Shown in pieces: positions 12,487-25,385 of a stretch of DNA of 64,000 nucleotides. The DNA comes from Proteromonas lacertae (taxonomy: Eukaryota): assembly GCA_002245135.1 (NCBI GenBank), contig NGBS01001169.1:62001-126000 (forward strand), written 5' to 3'. Below the pieces are notes generated by a model that saw only the letters and a program-made list of their open reading frames with translations, had not been told where the DNA came from and searched no databases. Each line of letters starts with the position of its first letter. Positions within the stretch are counted from its first letter, which is position 1. Position numbers and translations under genes: made by a program.

Positions 12487-15400
12487 ATGAATATCGTATA
12501 TTTATTTATTTTACTCTCAATTTTGATAAATTTTGTATATTGTAACGATGGTATATTTGTTCATTTATTTGTAGAAGACTATCAACTGTGTGATATTCTA
12601 AATCTTATGAATTTAGATCGTTCATACTTTGAAACAAAAGGAAAATACCCACCAAAAGATTTAGGAGAGTATCCAGGGGTAGACAGCTATCTTTCTGCAT
12701 TTACTCCATTTAATAGAGAACAGTCTCTTCGTTTCAATGAAAAAATAATGATTTCTACATCTTCAGCCAATAATGTAATAATAGTAATATACCTAGAAAA
12801 CGCTGACTTTCTCTACACAAAATTCAGTGAAATCTATTACTATCGTCGTGTTCATAATTCATTATTTTGGTATTGGAATGAAGAAGAACTCGATGATTAC
12901 TTAGACGTAATTGATACATCCACAGGAACAATAGTTAGTGTAACTCAACCTTGTCATCCTAACACAGATGGTTTAACCATATTATGGTCAGATATATACA
13001 AAATAACAGATGAAAATCATAAAATATATAGAATTTATTATAGAGAACCAGTAGATAGGTTTGTATTAATGATGCCTATACCAACACAAACATCAAAAGC
13101 GGATTATTTCTCTGATTTACATGCACAAGTATGTGGTGATACAATCTACTTCCAAAGAGTATATAATGTTTATTATATTAATATTTTATAGCTTGACTAT
13201 TATGATAAAACTAGTACAATTGCCTATTATCACAAACCATCGAAATTTACTGGTTATTTACATAAGATAGTGAATGATAAACCACATTTTGGATTATATG
13301 TCAGTTGTAATGGTGATAGAAATGATGGTACAATAATTTGGGTACAATCTAATTCAACTGTATATATATATATATATATATTATTTAGTTGGTATTTGAT
13401 GAATTTGGAAATGCAGAATCATCTTTTTTCACTCCATCAGTCATGAAATCGTTATTTATACATTATGCTACAATAAAAGATTCTGATCACCGTATATTAT
13501 TCCCTAGTGATTGGAATTATAAAGAATTTAATATTTTATATGATGTAGTTACAGGTGAAGGTTATTTATTTATACATTTGTGTAATTCTGATTTTACTGA
13601 AGGCTATTTAAGGATATATTCAATTGAATATAGTGAGTGGAAAGACTTATTACACTTTGATAGATGTAAGAAAATGAATTTAATATCAACATCCCACAAC
13701 CAATTGGTTTATGCGTATAATGATACATATTTTGCTACAAATATCATGAAGAAGAATATTGAACAATATAACAGAGATAATAATGATAATACTGATGATT
13801 TCAATGTGGTTAGTTGTCAATTGTTCTCATATAATGATAGTAAAAGTATTATTGGAGTTGATATGTATATATTTATACATTTATATATTTATAGTACAAA
13901 TGATATTGCATTATACAAAGTAAATGACAATAATCAAAAAACTCATTTCTATTTATATGATCTTAATAAAGATAATGATTTACTGTGGGATGTGAATGAT
14001 CGATTTCCACTGAATGGATTTGAATATTGGGATGAAGATGGAGATGGTATTGGAGATAATGGAGATATAGTTGATGGTGTAAACGATTTTGCATTATTGT
14101 ATAATATAATAGTATTTATTATTATAGATATGGTTTATTCTGCGTATATGTAGTAATACTTCTTTTCATTGGATTTTTGATATTTAAAAAGTATTATCTT
14201 TGGTTTGTTGAAGAGAAAAAAGAAGTTCTAAAACCATATATTGAAGATGGAATCCAAATAGATGATATTATCCAAAGACAAATTCATATTGATTCACAGC
14301 AGTGTGTTTTAGAGAATCATAAATATTTAAGGTATTCTTATATTGCATATCAAATGATGATGATTATATTATCAATTTTGAGTTGTATATTTGGTATTTG
14401 GCCATTCTTATTTGCAAGATATGATGAACAAAGAACTTTAATTCAAATTAATTGGGCTGATACTTATATAACTGGTTATTTCATTGTAGATTTAATCGTA
14501 TATATATATATATTATTATTATTGTTATGTATAGTTTCGTTTTATTTTTACAGCTGATAGTACTAAACAGTTTTTATATCATAATGTATTTATGATTATC
14601 GCATTATATCCTGAACTACCAGGATTTTTCGTAGGTAATACCAATTTTGCACAAATGAATGCATTATTAGTGATTCGCGGATTATTGAGATTTTTATTAA
14701 TTTTTAGAGCACTTAGATTTTATCAACTATTTATTTCATTAGATTATGTTACAGATATCATGGTCAGAACACCTGGTACTTTCTTGACACTGTTTATGTT
14801 TATTCTATTAGTAACTGCAGGAATAACATTCAAAATCTTAGAACAAGATAAGCAATATACATTTGAGAATTTAATCAGTACAATTTGGTTTTCTTTAGTT
14901 ACAATTACTACTGTTGGTTATGGAGATATGTCACCTTTGACTTGGGGTGCAAGAATTATTGCTGTAGTTGCTATGGTCATTGGTATTGGTTTGATTGGTA
15001 CTGTTTCTGCAAATATTTCAAATAGAATTTTAAATGTATTTTATATATATATATTATAATTATGTTTTAATAGATTGGTGATACTGATACTAAAGTACTT
15101 CAAGTGAAAGCTGATAATAAAGAAAGATTTAATGTTTATGCTCAACTCTTACAGAATGTCAGTCATTTATTAAATCCAATATTAAATATTATGTCTCAAC
15201 TGTTAAAGAAGAATAAAAATAGTAATGAAGATACTTCTACATTTGTATATCTTAACATTATTATATATATATAGTCAAGTATAAGTAGATCTAGTAGTCT
15301 ATCAAACAGTACAAGTTTTGGAAGCAGAAGAGGAGGTGTTAATTTAGAGATTGATTCTGATACTCCTCCACCTAATGTAGTTATTATTGACTTATTAGGA

Positions 15401-17257
15401 AAATATGTAGAACAAATATCACCTATATCACATTGGCAAAGATTAACTCCACTTCAAAAACGGAGAGATTTACAAAAGAATGATTTGATTAATGCAATTT
15501 ATAATATCTTATTATATACAACTAATAAAAGAATTGATAATACTGCTGTTTTGAAGATATTATTAAGATCATTTCATTTAGAAAAATCAATGGGAGTATA
15601 TATATTAATATATTTTATTTTATTTAGTTGGATAAAATCACAAAATTTGAAAAAGAATTATCAAAGTATATATATATATATATTATTATTATTATTATTT
15701 AGTATAATATTTGGTTTTCCTCGTCAGAATGATCTTTACATTGAAAAGATAATGTCATTAAAGAAAACAATTCGTCGAAGTGAAAAGAGTCATGTATATC
15801 AGTTTGATTTATCATCATTCCATTTACAAGATCCATTAGATGCAAAATTAACAAATATTGAAAAGATTTTACATGAATATAAGATATATAACAGAGTAGA
15901 ATTTAAACAGATACAAAATGAATTACAATTACTTACAATTCAATATGAAAGAGTATTGGTAATAAAATGGGTGTTATACAATTTAGATTTGAAAAATAAG
16001 AGTCAAATATTATCATTAAATGATGAAACGACATTAGGTAAAAATGAAAAGAAAAGAAGAAAACTTACACCTCATCAATTATTCAAATTTGATAATAGTC
16101 ATGTAGATTTTGTTAATACAGGAAATGATAAAAACCATTTTCCATCTTCTGCTACAAGTTCTGCTAGAAAAGATAGAAGAAGTATTAAGAATATTGATAA
16201 AGTTGCAGATGGTGGTGGTGGTGCTACATCTTCAATACCTGCAGAGATTATACCAATTAATGTAAAAGCATTAAAAGAATCGGGTAATTATCTATCAAAG
16301 AATGGTAGTAATAGAACAGTTGATTCTTCCTGTTCAACTCCAAAAGGTAATTTGGTTCATACATCAATGACAGTTGAATTACCAGGTCAAGTTATGAGTG
16401 AAGAAGAAGATATGAAAGTAGTGAATAATGTTAGAACGAGTACTTTAAAAGCATTTGGAACTCCAATTACAGAACAGAAAATAGAAGAAGAAGATGAGGA
16501 AGAAAAAGATGAAGTAGTAAAGCCCAAAGATACAAAAGATGAAGAAATAAAGGAGGAAATTGAAATGAAGAAAGAGAATGAGGAAAAAGAAAAGAAAGAG
16601 AGAGAAGATAAAGAGAAGATAGAAAAAGAGAAGAAGGAGAGTGAAGAGAAAGAAGAAAAGGAAAAAGAAGAGAAAGAATTAGAAAAAGAAGAGAAAGAAG
16701 AGAAAGAAGAGATGGAAAAAGAGGAAAAGGAAGAGAAAGAAGAAAATAAAGAGAATGATATTGTAATTGATGATATTATAAAAGAAGCAGAAGAATGTAT
16801 TAATGAAGGAGATAAAGAAACAAAAACAGATACTACACAGAAAACAACAACAAAAACACCAGATAAGACTGAAACAAAGGCTATAATACAAGCAACAAAA
16901 CCAGCAAAAGCACCAACCAAACCTGTACCAGCCAAACCTGCAACAGCAACAACAAAAGCTGTAACATCTCCAAAAACTGTAACGTCTCCAAAAGCAGTAA
17001 AAAAGAATGAAGCAGATAAGAAAGTTGTTGTTAAAGGTAGTGATATTGGTAGAAATATGTCAATAGATACAGCAATTAAAGAATTTGATGAAATAGTAAA
17101 AGAATGTGAAACTCCAATAGAAAAAATTAAAATAGATCCAGAATCCAAGACTAGTACAAGTAAACCAAGCGGTACAGCAAAGAATAAAGGTATAAACAAA
17201 GAAGAAGTTGATTTACCTGGATGTGTGACTCCTACTACTAAGGATGATGATATTTAA
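12487..17257 (+). CDS. Potassium channel (Kv-like core) with signal peptide, large extracellular N-terminal domain and acidic C-terminal tail (~10 introns)
   Basis: Pore WFSLVTITTVGYGDMSP; S4-like RGLLRFLLIFRALR; all exons from ATG 12487 splice in frame. Confidence 0.8.
16480..16760 (+). repeat. Glu/Lys-rich purine low-complexity coding repeat
   Basis: (GAA/GAG/AAA)n encoding EKEEKE repeats. Confidence 0.8.
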
Positions 17258-17356
17258 TTTATTTTTTAACTTATTCCTCTATATTATTTCTGTCTTGATG
17301 AATAAAAGAAAAATTATAATAATTGAAACGACTCTATTTTCATATTAAAATATAAA

Positions 17357-18350
17357 ATGCTAAATTCCTTTGCATGTGATGAATTATTTTCTAAATTACT
17401 ATGTGTATCTGAAGTATTTTTATTAAATTATTCTTATAGATAAAAGAGAGAATTGTTTTGGAGAGAGATTATTATTGTCTAGACTTAGAAGAAATTATTG
17501 AGAGTAAATCCTTTTCAAATGATGATATTTATAATTTGATAAGTTCTTTATGCAATATTGTAATGATTTTGAGTGAATATGATGTAATGATGAACAATTT
17601 GAAGAGTACTAACGTTGTATATGATGAAAATGGTGAATTAAAGCTATGTGATTTATTCTTAGATGAATTAAAAAAGAATGAAGAAATGAGAATAGTTGAT
17701 ATCTGTTTCAAAAGCCCTGAAGAGTTGAATGGATTAGAATGTGAAGATAAAAGTGTGATTTGGTCAATTGGTTGTATTTTATATGAAATGATTTTAAAGA
17801 AATTACAATTTAATGAAGATGAAAATCTGAATAAAACAAAAGAGAATATTATGAGATGTAAATACAATATAGATATAGAATGTGATGATAGAATGAAAGA
17901 AATGATAGATAGAATGTTAAAAGTTAGAAATGAAGATAGATTGAGTTTAAAAGAATTGAGAAAAGAAATGATAAAAATGAGAGAAATATTAAAAGATGAT
18001 AAAAATAATATAATGATCTGTGAAGAAAAAAAAGAAATATTGTTGAATAATAATTATATAATAGAAATATTTCCATTTGTTGATATTCAAGCAAAATATT
18101 ATCTACGAACTAAAAGATTATAAACCATTAGATCAGATAGATATATCAGGAAATGAATTGAATGAAAGAGAATTGAGATTAATGAAAAAAACAAAGAAAT
18201 ATTTGATTATTTAGAAGAATTATCAATAACTGTAAAAGAAGGGATAGATAAATTGCAATTAAATTCATTTTTAGAAACATTTTAATCAATTGGAATACTT
18301 AAATTAAATGGAATATCAGAAGAAGAAAAAAAAAGAATTATCAAATGAAT
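17357..18350 (+). pseudogene. Pseudokinase with a disrupted LRR-like tail
   Basis: The kinase C-lobe has MMNNLKSTN for HRDLKxxN, DLF for DFG, KSPE and IWSIGCILYEM. TAA at 18121 is followed by IDISGNELNE... with frameshifts and stops. Confidence 0.65.
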
Positions 18351-18595
18351 TCCTCAATATAAAATGAAAAACAAACAGTTATATAGATAAAATATGTGTT
18401 TATATGAATACAGTATTTAATTGTCACTGAAAATCGTTAAAAGAGTGATAATCATGAAATACAATAAAATACACATATCAAGCCAAAAGCTTGATTTGTT
18501 TTTTTATTAAACTGTTTTATAGAACTATGTATTAAAAATACAAACAAATTAGATAAAAATAAAAACTATAATTCAATTAATAACATATTTAACTT

Positions 18596-21500
18596 TCAAA
18601 ATTTAAATAAACTAGCACAATCAATATAATCATAACCACTCTTACTCAGATAATTATCAATCAATACATTTATCATTTTGCTTCTATCTCCATTTGTTTT
18701 TTTATTCTTTTTCTCATCTTCATTTTTAAATAACCATTTCAAATACAATAATTCATTATATAACATCTTATCTGACATTTCAGGATATAAATTTCCAACA
18801 CATCCATGTTCTGCACATTTACAGCCAACTACACTTTGATATTTGGTTCTTCTACCGCAATTATCACACTTTAACCATCCTTCATAATAAAGATTGATTT
18901 CGTTACTTATAAACAACATCAATTGATTATAATAACATTCATACGATATTACAAAATTACAATTTAAACATTTATATCCATCTTCTATATATTTCTGTTC
19001 TTTTAAGTAATAAGATCTTCCTGGAAAACTAAATGTTGAAGTACAATTTGGGCATTTTACAATAAATGGATTGCAGTACATAAATCGATCACTTTCATTC
19101 TTTTGACATTCTGCAACATTATATTCACTATTATTATCCATATCATTGTGCTTATATTTATTACCATCTAAACCTAATATTTCAGCAATTTCAGTAACTG
19201 AAACTCCTTCAATTGGTTCACATAAACGACTTATTGGAGGTAATATTTGATTATCTAAATAAAACTCAACATCCACTTCTAATTTTCCATTGGATCTTTC
19301 TATATCGTGTGGACTAAATGCTCTTTCTGCTGGGCTTTTACCTTCTCCTTTACAGAAAATATATTCAATATGATCGCCAGTCTATTTATAATAATAATTA
19401 TTTATATACATTTACAACTTTACCTTCATTTATCATATCTCTAGCTACTTTTAAATGAGCTTGACCTTTGATATCTCCATAATTTTCTACTCCTTTATTC
19501 AATCCTTTAGTAATAATATATTTATCAAGACTTATTTTACCATTTCTCATATTCTCACTCAAATCATGTAGTAGTGATGTGATTTTACCAACAACTTCAT
19601 CTATAGCATCACCACTGAGTATAAAGTTTAATATTTCTTCACCAACTTCTTTAGATAAAACACACCAATCTCTTCTTACTAAATCAATACCTTTCTTTTC
19701 TATTTCAATTTCTTCTTTTTCTTCTTGTCCATCTTTAGCTGGAATGTATTTTATTACTTTTACTGAGGCATACTTCTTTTTCTTTAATAATAACATTCTT
19801 TTGAATATATAATCAATCTAAGCAGATAATAAAATATTTATAATATGTTTATATATATACATCTATCTCTAATAAATGATGATGTTTATTAACTTCACTT
19901 TTTAAGAAATTACCTATTTTCAATGCTCTAAAATATATAAAGAAGTAATATATATACTCTAAATAATTGGTAGTATTTGTATTAATCATAATACTATCAG
20001 TATCACCATAAATGACAGTATAACCTTCATTCTCAGCTATTTGAATAGTTTGACATAATATTTCTCTTCCTTTTGATGTTACTAATGAAGCAATTGATTT
20101 TGCATAAAATCGTGAAGCAGTGAAACCTAAACAACCATACATAGAGTTAGCTAAAATCTTGAAAGCTAATTGTTTAGTATTTAATTGACTCTTTAACAAA
20201 TGATCTTCTTCTTTAATATTCTTCAATAAATTCTTCACTTCTCTTCTTCTTTTTACTAAGTATTGAATTGTCTTAGGTAAAATTGCTAAATTATTAACAT
20301 CTACATCACACTTTGGTATTTCTGCTTTGAAATCATCTTCACTTTCTTTCTTTTTATCATCATATCTAGGTCTTTCAACTGTAGTAAAACATAAATTGAA
20401 TTCTTGAATAATTGAAGGGTATAATGAGTTAAAATCCAACACAACAATATATTTCTCATATAAACCAGCTTTTGGCTCTAATACATAACCTCCTTCGTAT
20501 TTTGCTTTTCTGTTACTATTTCTGGTAGTTTCAATCTTTTGTTTTACATTTTCTTTATCTGGCACAATATATCCTTCATTATAAAAACGATGTAATAATA
20601 AATATTCAATTCTTCCAGCTCTATTACCTTTTAAAGTAGAACTCCATAAATTTCCAGATATATTTGTAATTTGTTTTGTTAATGATACTAATTCTAATGA
20701 AAACATCACTTGTAAAGTTAAAAATGCACGAATTTCATTATGATGAATAAGTGCTTGTAGATTTTCACTTTTATTATAATATAATGGAACATCCATAGGA
20801 TCAATATCTTCAAGGAACTCATTAGCTATTTGAAACTTCTTTGTATCAACCATTGATTTACTTAATGAATATAATGAATAAGTTGTATCTTTCATCAATT
20901 CCTTAGCTGATAAATAAGTATCAATAATCAATCTACCACAAGTCAATTGTCCATAGAAATGATCTTTTCCATTTCCATTCTTTGATGCATTTGGCCAAAT
21001 ACTTCTCTTTATTCTTCCAATCTTAGACCAGTTTTTAACACCATTATTCTTATTCATACTATGTAATAATACATCTAAATCATATCCTAAGATATTATGG
21101 CTCATTAAAACATCAGGATCATGTTGAGTAATTTGAGCAATAAAGTAATTCAATAAAGATGTTTCATTTTGACAGATTTGAATGTTATTATTCTTAATAT
21201 CTTCCTTCTTTAAATCCATATATTTACCAACAATTGGTCTAATAGCAGTGAAATGGGAAGATGCTTTTTTATTAGGCGTTGTTGTATCACAATTTACTTT
21301 ATTATGAAACATCACACTTATTGCGACAATTTCACTTTTGTGATCATTATTAACTATTGTTTTAATAGAAATAGAAGCAACTGATAAAGTTGGAGATGGA
21401 GGAACATTATCTTTAATGACAATAAGATTGTTTGGTGATATAATAGAAGATTCAAATTTGCAGTAACTGATTGGTGCTCCAATATTTTGGGGTTTCATAA

Positions 21501-23095
21501 TTCTCAACCAACAAGGACCCATCAATTGTCTGTTCAAAATTAAATTCTCTACTGATGAAGTGTTTGATCCAAATATATGTTCAATTCTTTCAGATTTAAA
21601 AGTAGTGTCGTTTATATAAGGATATTTTGCATCATATTGTATATTCAAATAATCAGTTTCTTCGTATGGAATGTTGGGCAATTCAAAGGCATATTTCTTT
21701 TTAACTGTTCTGGTTGTTATTTTGAATTCACCTTTTGGAAATAATGGTTTTAAATATTTCACAATTTCTTCTTTTACTTCATCAATTGAATATCTTTCAC
21801 CTGAATCTGTATTCTTTATTTTTGGTAATATGTAAATATCTCTTTTAATATTATCAACTCTGACACAACAGGAAGAATATTTGTCTTTGTTTGAAGGTAT
21901 ATCAACTTTACCAAATAAATAAACACAACCAGGACGAGTAGTAGGATTTTCATAAGCATCAAACCAAAAGAACTATTCATAATATTATAAAATGATATAA
22001 TATAATATAATATAATATACATCAAAATATTGATTTCCTTTTTCATCTATTTTGTATAACGACTGACTCTTATTTGATAAGATAGTTTCATTATTATTAT
22101 TATTATTATTACTTGTATCTTCACACATTAACATTTCACTTCCATCTTCTGTTCCTGTTAATTTCTTCAATTCAATTGATTGTGACATTATTTTTGGTGG
22201 TTCTACAGTTGAAAATGATTCTTTCTCTTCTATTTCCATTTCCATTTTCATATTTTCTTCTTTGTTTGGTTTAATTGGTGTATTTTCTGTGCTACTCTCT
22301 TTTTCTTCTATTTCCATATTATTATCGTTTTTCAATGGCGATGTTTTGACTGTTATTTCATCCTCTGTATATCCATTTTCTCTTGGAGAAGCTAAAGGAG
22401 ACATTATTGGACTACTAGTGACTTCACAGACTGGTGGAGTGATTTCAATATGTTCTGTAGCTCTTATAGATGGTAATGAACGTTTGGGTGTAGAGTATAA
22501 GTAATTTGATGTGTAAGAATTTGATGATACGATCAATTTAAGCTCACTTTTGTTTTCTTCCTATATTTACAGTATTAGAATAAAGTATACTTGGTTAAGA
22601 AGCTCTTCTACATCATTCAATGTGACTTTTGGTCTTGATGAGGAAGGAAGTTGTGGTTTTGATAACTTTTTGAAAAAACTTTCATCGATTTTCATGTTGT
22701 TTTTTGTTTCACCCATGTCTCTTCGTTTGTTTTTGTTACCCTTCTTCATATCTAACAATAAAGTAAATAACTAATATACTAGATCCTTCATCAAAAAAAT
22801 GCTCCTCTCCATCATCAAAATATCCACTATCTCCAACGTCATCTTATAAATATAAGCAAATAACAATATACCCTCGATGAAGCTCCTTTCTCTTCTCTTT
22901 GTTACAATGTCTTTATATTCGTCTTCTGAAACAACATCATAAATATCGTCCTAAAAGTATAACAAAATTGAACTATACTTCACTCTCAGAGCTAGAATCC
23001 TTAGCATGAGCAAGCTACAGAAATTAGATCATGTACTATACCAATTCCTTTGCTTTCAGACGTCTATTAGCACTTAGTCTAGTAGATTTTCTCAT
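18596..23095 (-). CDS. POLA1: DNA polymerase alpha catalytic subunit (9 introns)
   Basis: FFWFDAYE, VVLDFNSLYPSIIQEFNLCFTT, KILANSMYGCLG, YGDTDS, and two C-terminal Zn-finger CxxC pairs. Confidence 0.97.
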
Positions 23096-23102
23096 TCAAT
23101 TA

Positions 23103-23114
23103 TTTCGCGCCAAA
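23103..23114. promoter_or_regulatory. Overlapping double E2F site upstream of POLA1
   Basis: TTTCGCGCCAAA reads TTTCGCGC on + and TTTGGCGC on -; it lies 7 nt upstream of the POLA1 ATG, and GC-rich words are rare in this DNA. Confidence 0.7.
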
Positions 23115-23416
23115 ATAAAAAGCTTGAGTTATCAAACCGAACTCTTGTTCATTTATTTTAAATAGCTACAAATAATTAATATTGTAATTCAGTAAACTGA
23201 GAATTAATAGCAGTATCATATTTACTATTAGTTTGAGATTAAAAAGGTGTATATAGTAATCAGTTTTAACGAGAGCACATCACATATCGAAGCATAATTT
23301 GTTTATTATATTGAATATCCTTAATTATAGCGTCTGGAAAAGTAATAACCATTACTATTTTTAGATATCTACCATTTCAATAGAGTGTGATCTTATTTTT
23401 TACTCAATTTCAAACA

Positions 23417-23517
23417 AAGCTTTTAAACCAATAGTCTATCCTCCACAAGCAATATTGCTTCTCTTTGAGCTCAAAAATGAATTTTGACGTCATCATTCAA
23501 ACAAATCTATTGGCTGA
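23417..23517. promoter_or_regulatory. Cdc25 upstream cluster: AAGCTT, CCAAT, CRE (TGACGTCA 23485-23492), inverted CCAAT (ATTGGCTGA 23509-23517)
   Basis: Motifs read directly; the same ATTGGCTGA occurs upstream of MAF1 (26264-26272). Confidence 0.45.
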
Positions 23518-23656
23518 CTTAAAAATAAAATTAATTTTCTAGAATCTTAAAAAATCTAGCTTAAAGTGCTGTAGAAATTGTTGCAATAATTCAAGATTTT
23601 ATTTTTCGATATTATCAATCAGATCAGCCCGTTTAAAGACTATATATTTACAAATC

Positions 23657-24658
23657 ATGGATTTAAGTATAAACTCCCCACAACTTTCAAGTATCCAAGC
23701 CGCTGATGAACACAATGCGATTCCTAGCTTAGATGACCTTGAATACCAAACTCCTGTTAAGTGGATGTCAAAAAAGAGATTATTGGATGAAATGAATAGC
23801 CCCATTGATTTGGAAGAAAGAAAACTTTCACCCACCAACATTCAAGAGATCTGCGAGTCACCTACTCACCGTTTTAGAAACTCACCTGATTCTACTAAAA
23901 GACAATTATTATATGTGCAACCAATAAGACCAACTGTTCAAATTAAAAAACCTCCTTCAAATTCAGTTTTTAGAAGACTAGGTGAGGAGTTAAGAAGAAC
24001 ATCTTCATGTGTTGCTTTAAAGACTGAATTTCCATTAGATTCAGATAATGAAACTGATGATGTAGTTGTAGATATAAAGCCTCCATCAACCCCACAACCA
24101 TACAGTGAATATAACAACATTGAAGTACAGATTCCTCATTTACCTCATGAACACGTTAATTCTGTAAACTACATAACTCCAGAAGTCATGTCAAATGTAA
24201 TAAATGGTGAATATATGGATGATTATCACAAAATGATGATAATTGATTCAAGATTCTCATACGAGTATGAAGCTGGGCATATTAGAGAAGCATATAATAT
24301 CTGTGATCCTAAGAGAATATATCCTATGTTTTTTAATAAGGAATTGAATGAATCAATTTCTATTAAAACATTGGTTATATTCTACTGTGAGTTTTCGATA
24401 AAAAGATCATATGAAATGATTCGTTATCTCCGTGAATTAGATAGAAAACACAATGAAAGCAATTACCCACACTTATCTTACCCTGAGATCTATATATTGA
24501 AAGATGGATATAAAAGATTTCATGAATTATACAATAATCTTTGTTGTCCAAATGATTACACGCCTATGAATGATGCTTGCCATAAGGATGAGCGATTCAG
24601 TGCTTGTAAAGAGTTATCAACATCATGGAAGTCTCTGGGTAAACCTTTACACTTTTAG
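23657..24658 (+). CDS. CDC25: Cdc25 (M-phase inducer) phosphatase
   Basis: IIDSRFSYEYEAGHI, IFYCEFSIKR (CX5R), YPHLSYPEIYILKDGY; SP/TP-rich N-terminal half. Confidence 0.88.
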   Translation: MDLSINSPQLSSIQAADEHNAIPSLDDLEYQTPVKWMSKKRLLDEMNSPIDLEERKLSPTNIQEICESPTHRFRNSPDSTKRQLLYVQPIRPTVQIKKPPSNSVFRRLGEELRRTSSCVALKTEFPLDSDNETDDVVVDIKPPSTPQPYSEYNNIEVQIPHLPHEHVNSVNYITPEVMSNVINGEYMDDYHKMMIIDSRFSYEYEAGHIREAYNICDPKRIYPMFFNKELNESISIKTLVIFYCEFSIKRSYEMIRYLRELDRKHNESNYPHLSYPEIYILKDGYKRFHELYNNLCCPNDYTPMNDACHKDERFSACKELSTSWKSLGKPLHF

Positions 24659-24839
24659 TTGTAATATCACCCTCGTTACATGTATATTATTTTTAATGAC
24701 TGAGCATATCAATTAATTTCCACTTTATATTTTATTTTAATTTTAAAATCTGTTGTGTTGATAATAAAATATTTAAAAAATTTTAAAAAAATCTCACCTC
24801 AAACAAAAGTTTGTTGTTTGTTTTCAGTTTCACATTTGT

Positions 24840-25190
24840 ATGGAAGAGATAGATCTTTCTGTAAGTAATGATGAATTGAATGATTCACTACATACAAAAG
24901 CACATTCTGTTAATGTGAAAATTGGGTCAAAAGTACAGAAGAAGTTATTATCTATGGTAGATCAAAATGATGAACACAAATTTCCTTCATTAAAACCAGA
25001 AAAAAATTTAGAAGAGAAATTGGATTATTTCATCGACGACATGGAGAGTGAAACTGATACAATCATTTCGACTAGAAGTAGATACATTGATTCTCCTTAT
25101 ATTAGTTTAAGTGCCACAGAAGAGCATTTACCGCCAGTCAGATTACGGTTATCATCATCTTTATCCTCCTTAAATTTAGACAATTTGTGA
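24840..25190 (+). CDS. Small hypothetical acidic/Ser-rich protein (116 aa)
   Basis: ATG-initiated ORF with coding-like composition between AT-rich spacers; no motif recognised. Confidence 0.55.
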   Translation: MEEIDLSVSNDELNDSLHTKAHSVNVKIGSKVQKKLLSMVDQNDEHKFPSLKPEKNLEEKLDYFIDDMESETDTIISTRSRYIDSPYISLSATEEHLPPVRLRLSSSLSSLNLDNL

Positions 25191-25385
25191 GATGCACTTA
25201 TTTATCCTATATATAGTTGTCATTTAACACTTTGTATATGTTCTTAGAAATATATAATATAATACTTATAATAATATAAATTTACCTGTATTCTTTGTTT
25301 TTAGATTAATAAAAAAACATATTATGATATATATATGTATATATTTGTAATAATAAATTCTATTATATTAATATTATAACATCAT

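Noticed and set aside
16387..17199. Long antisense ORFs (also 33953-35464, 36535-37431 and others)
   Set aside because: Shadow frames of low-complexity sense coding sequence.
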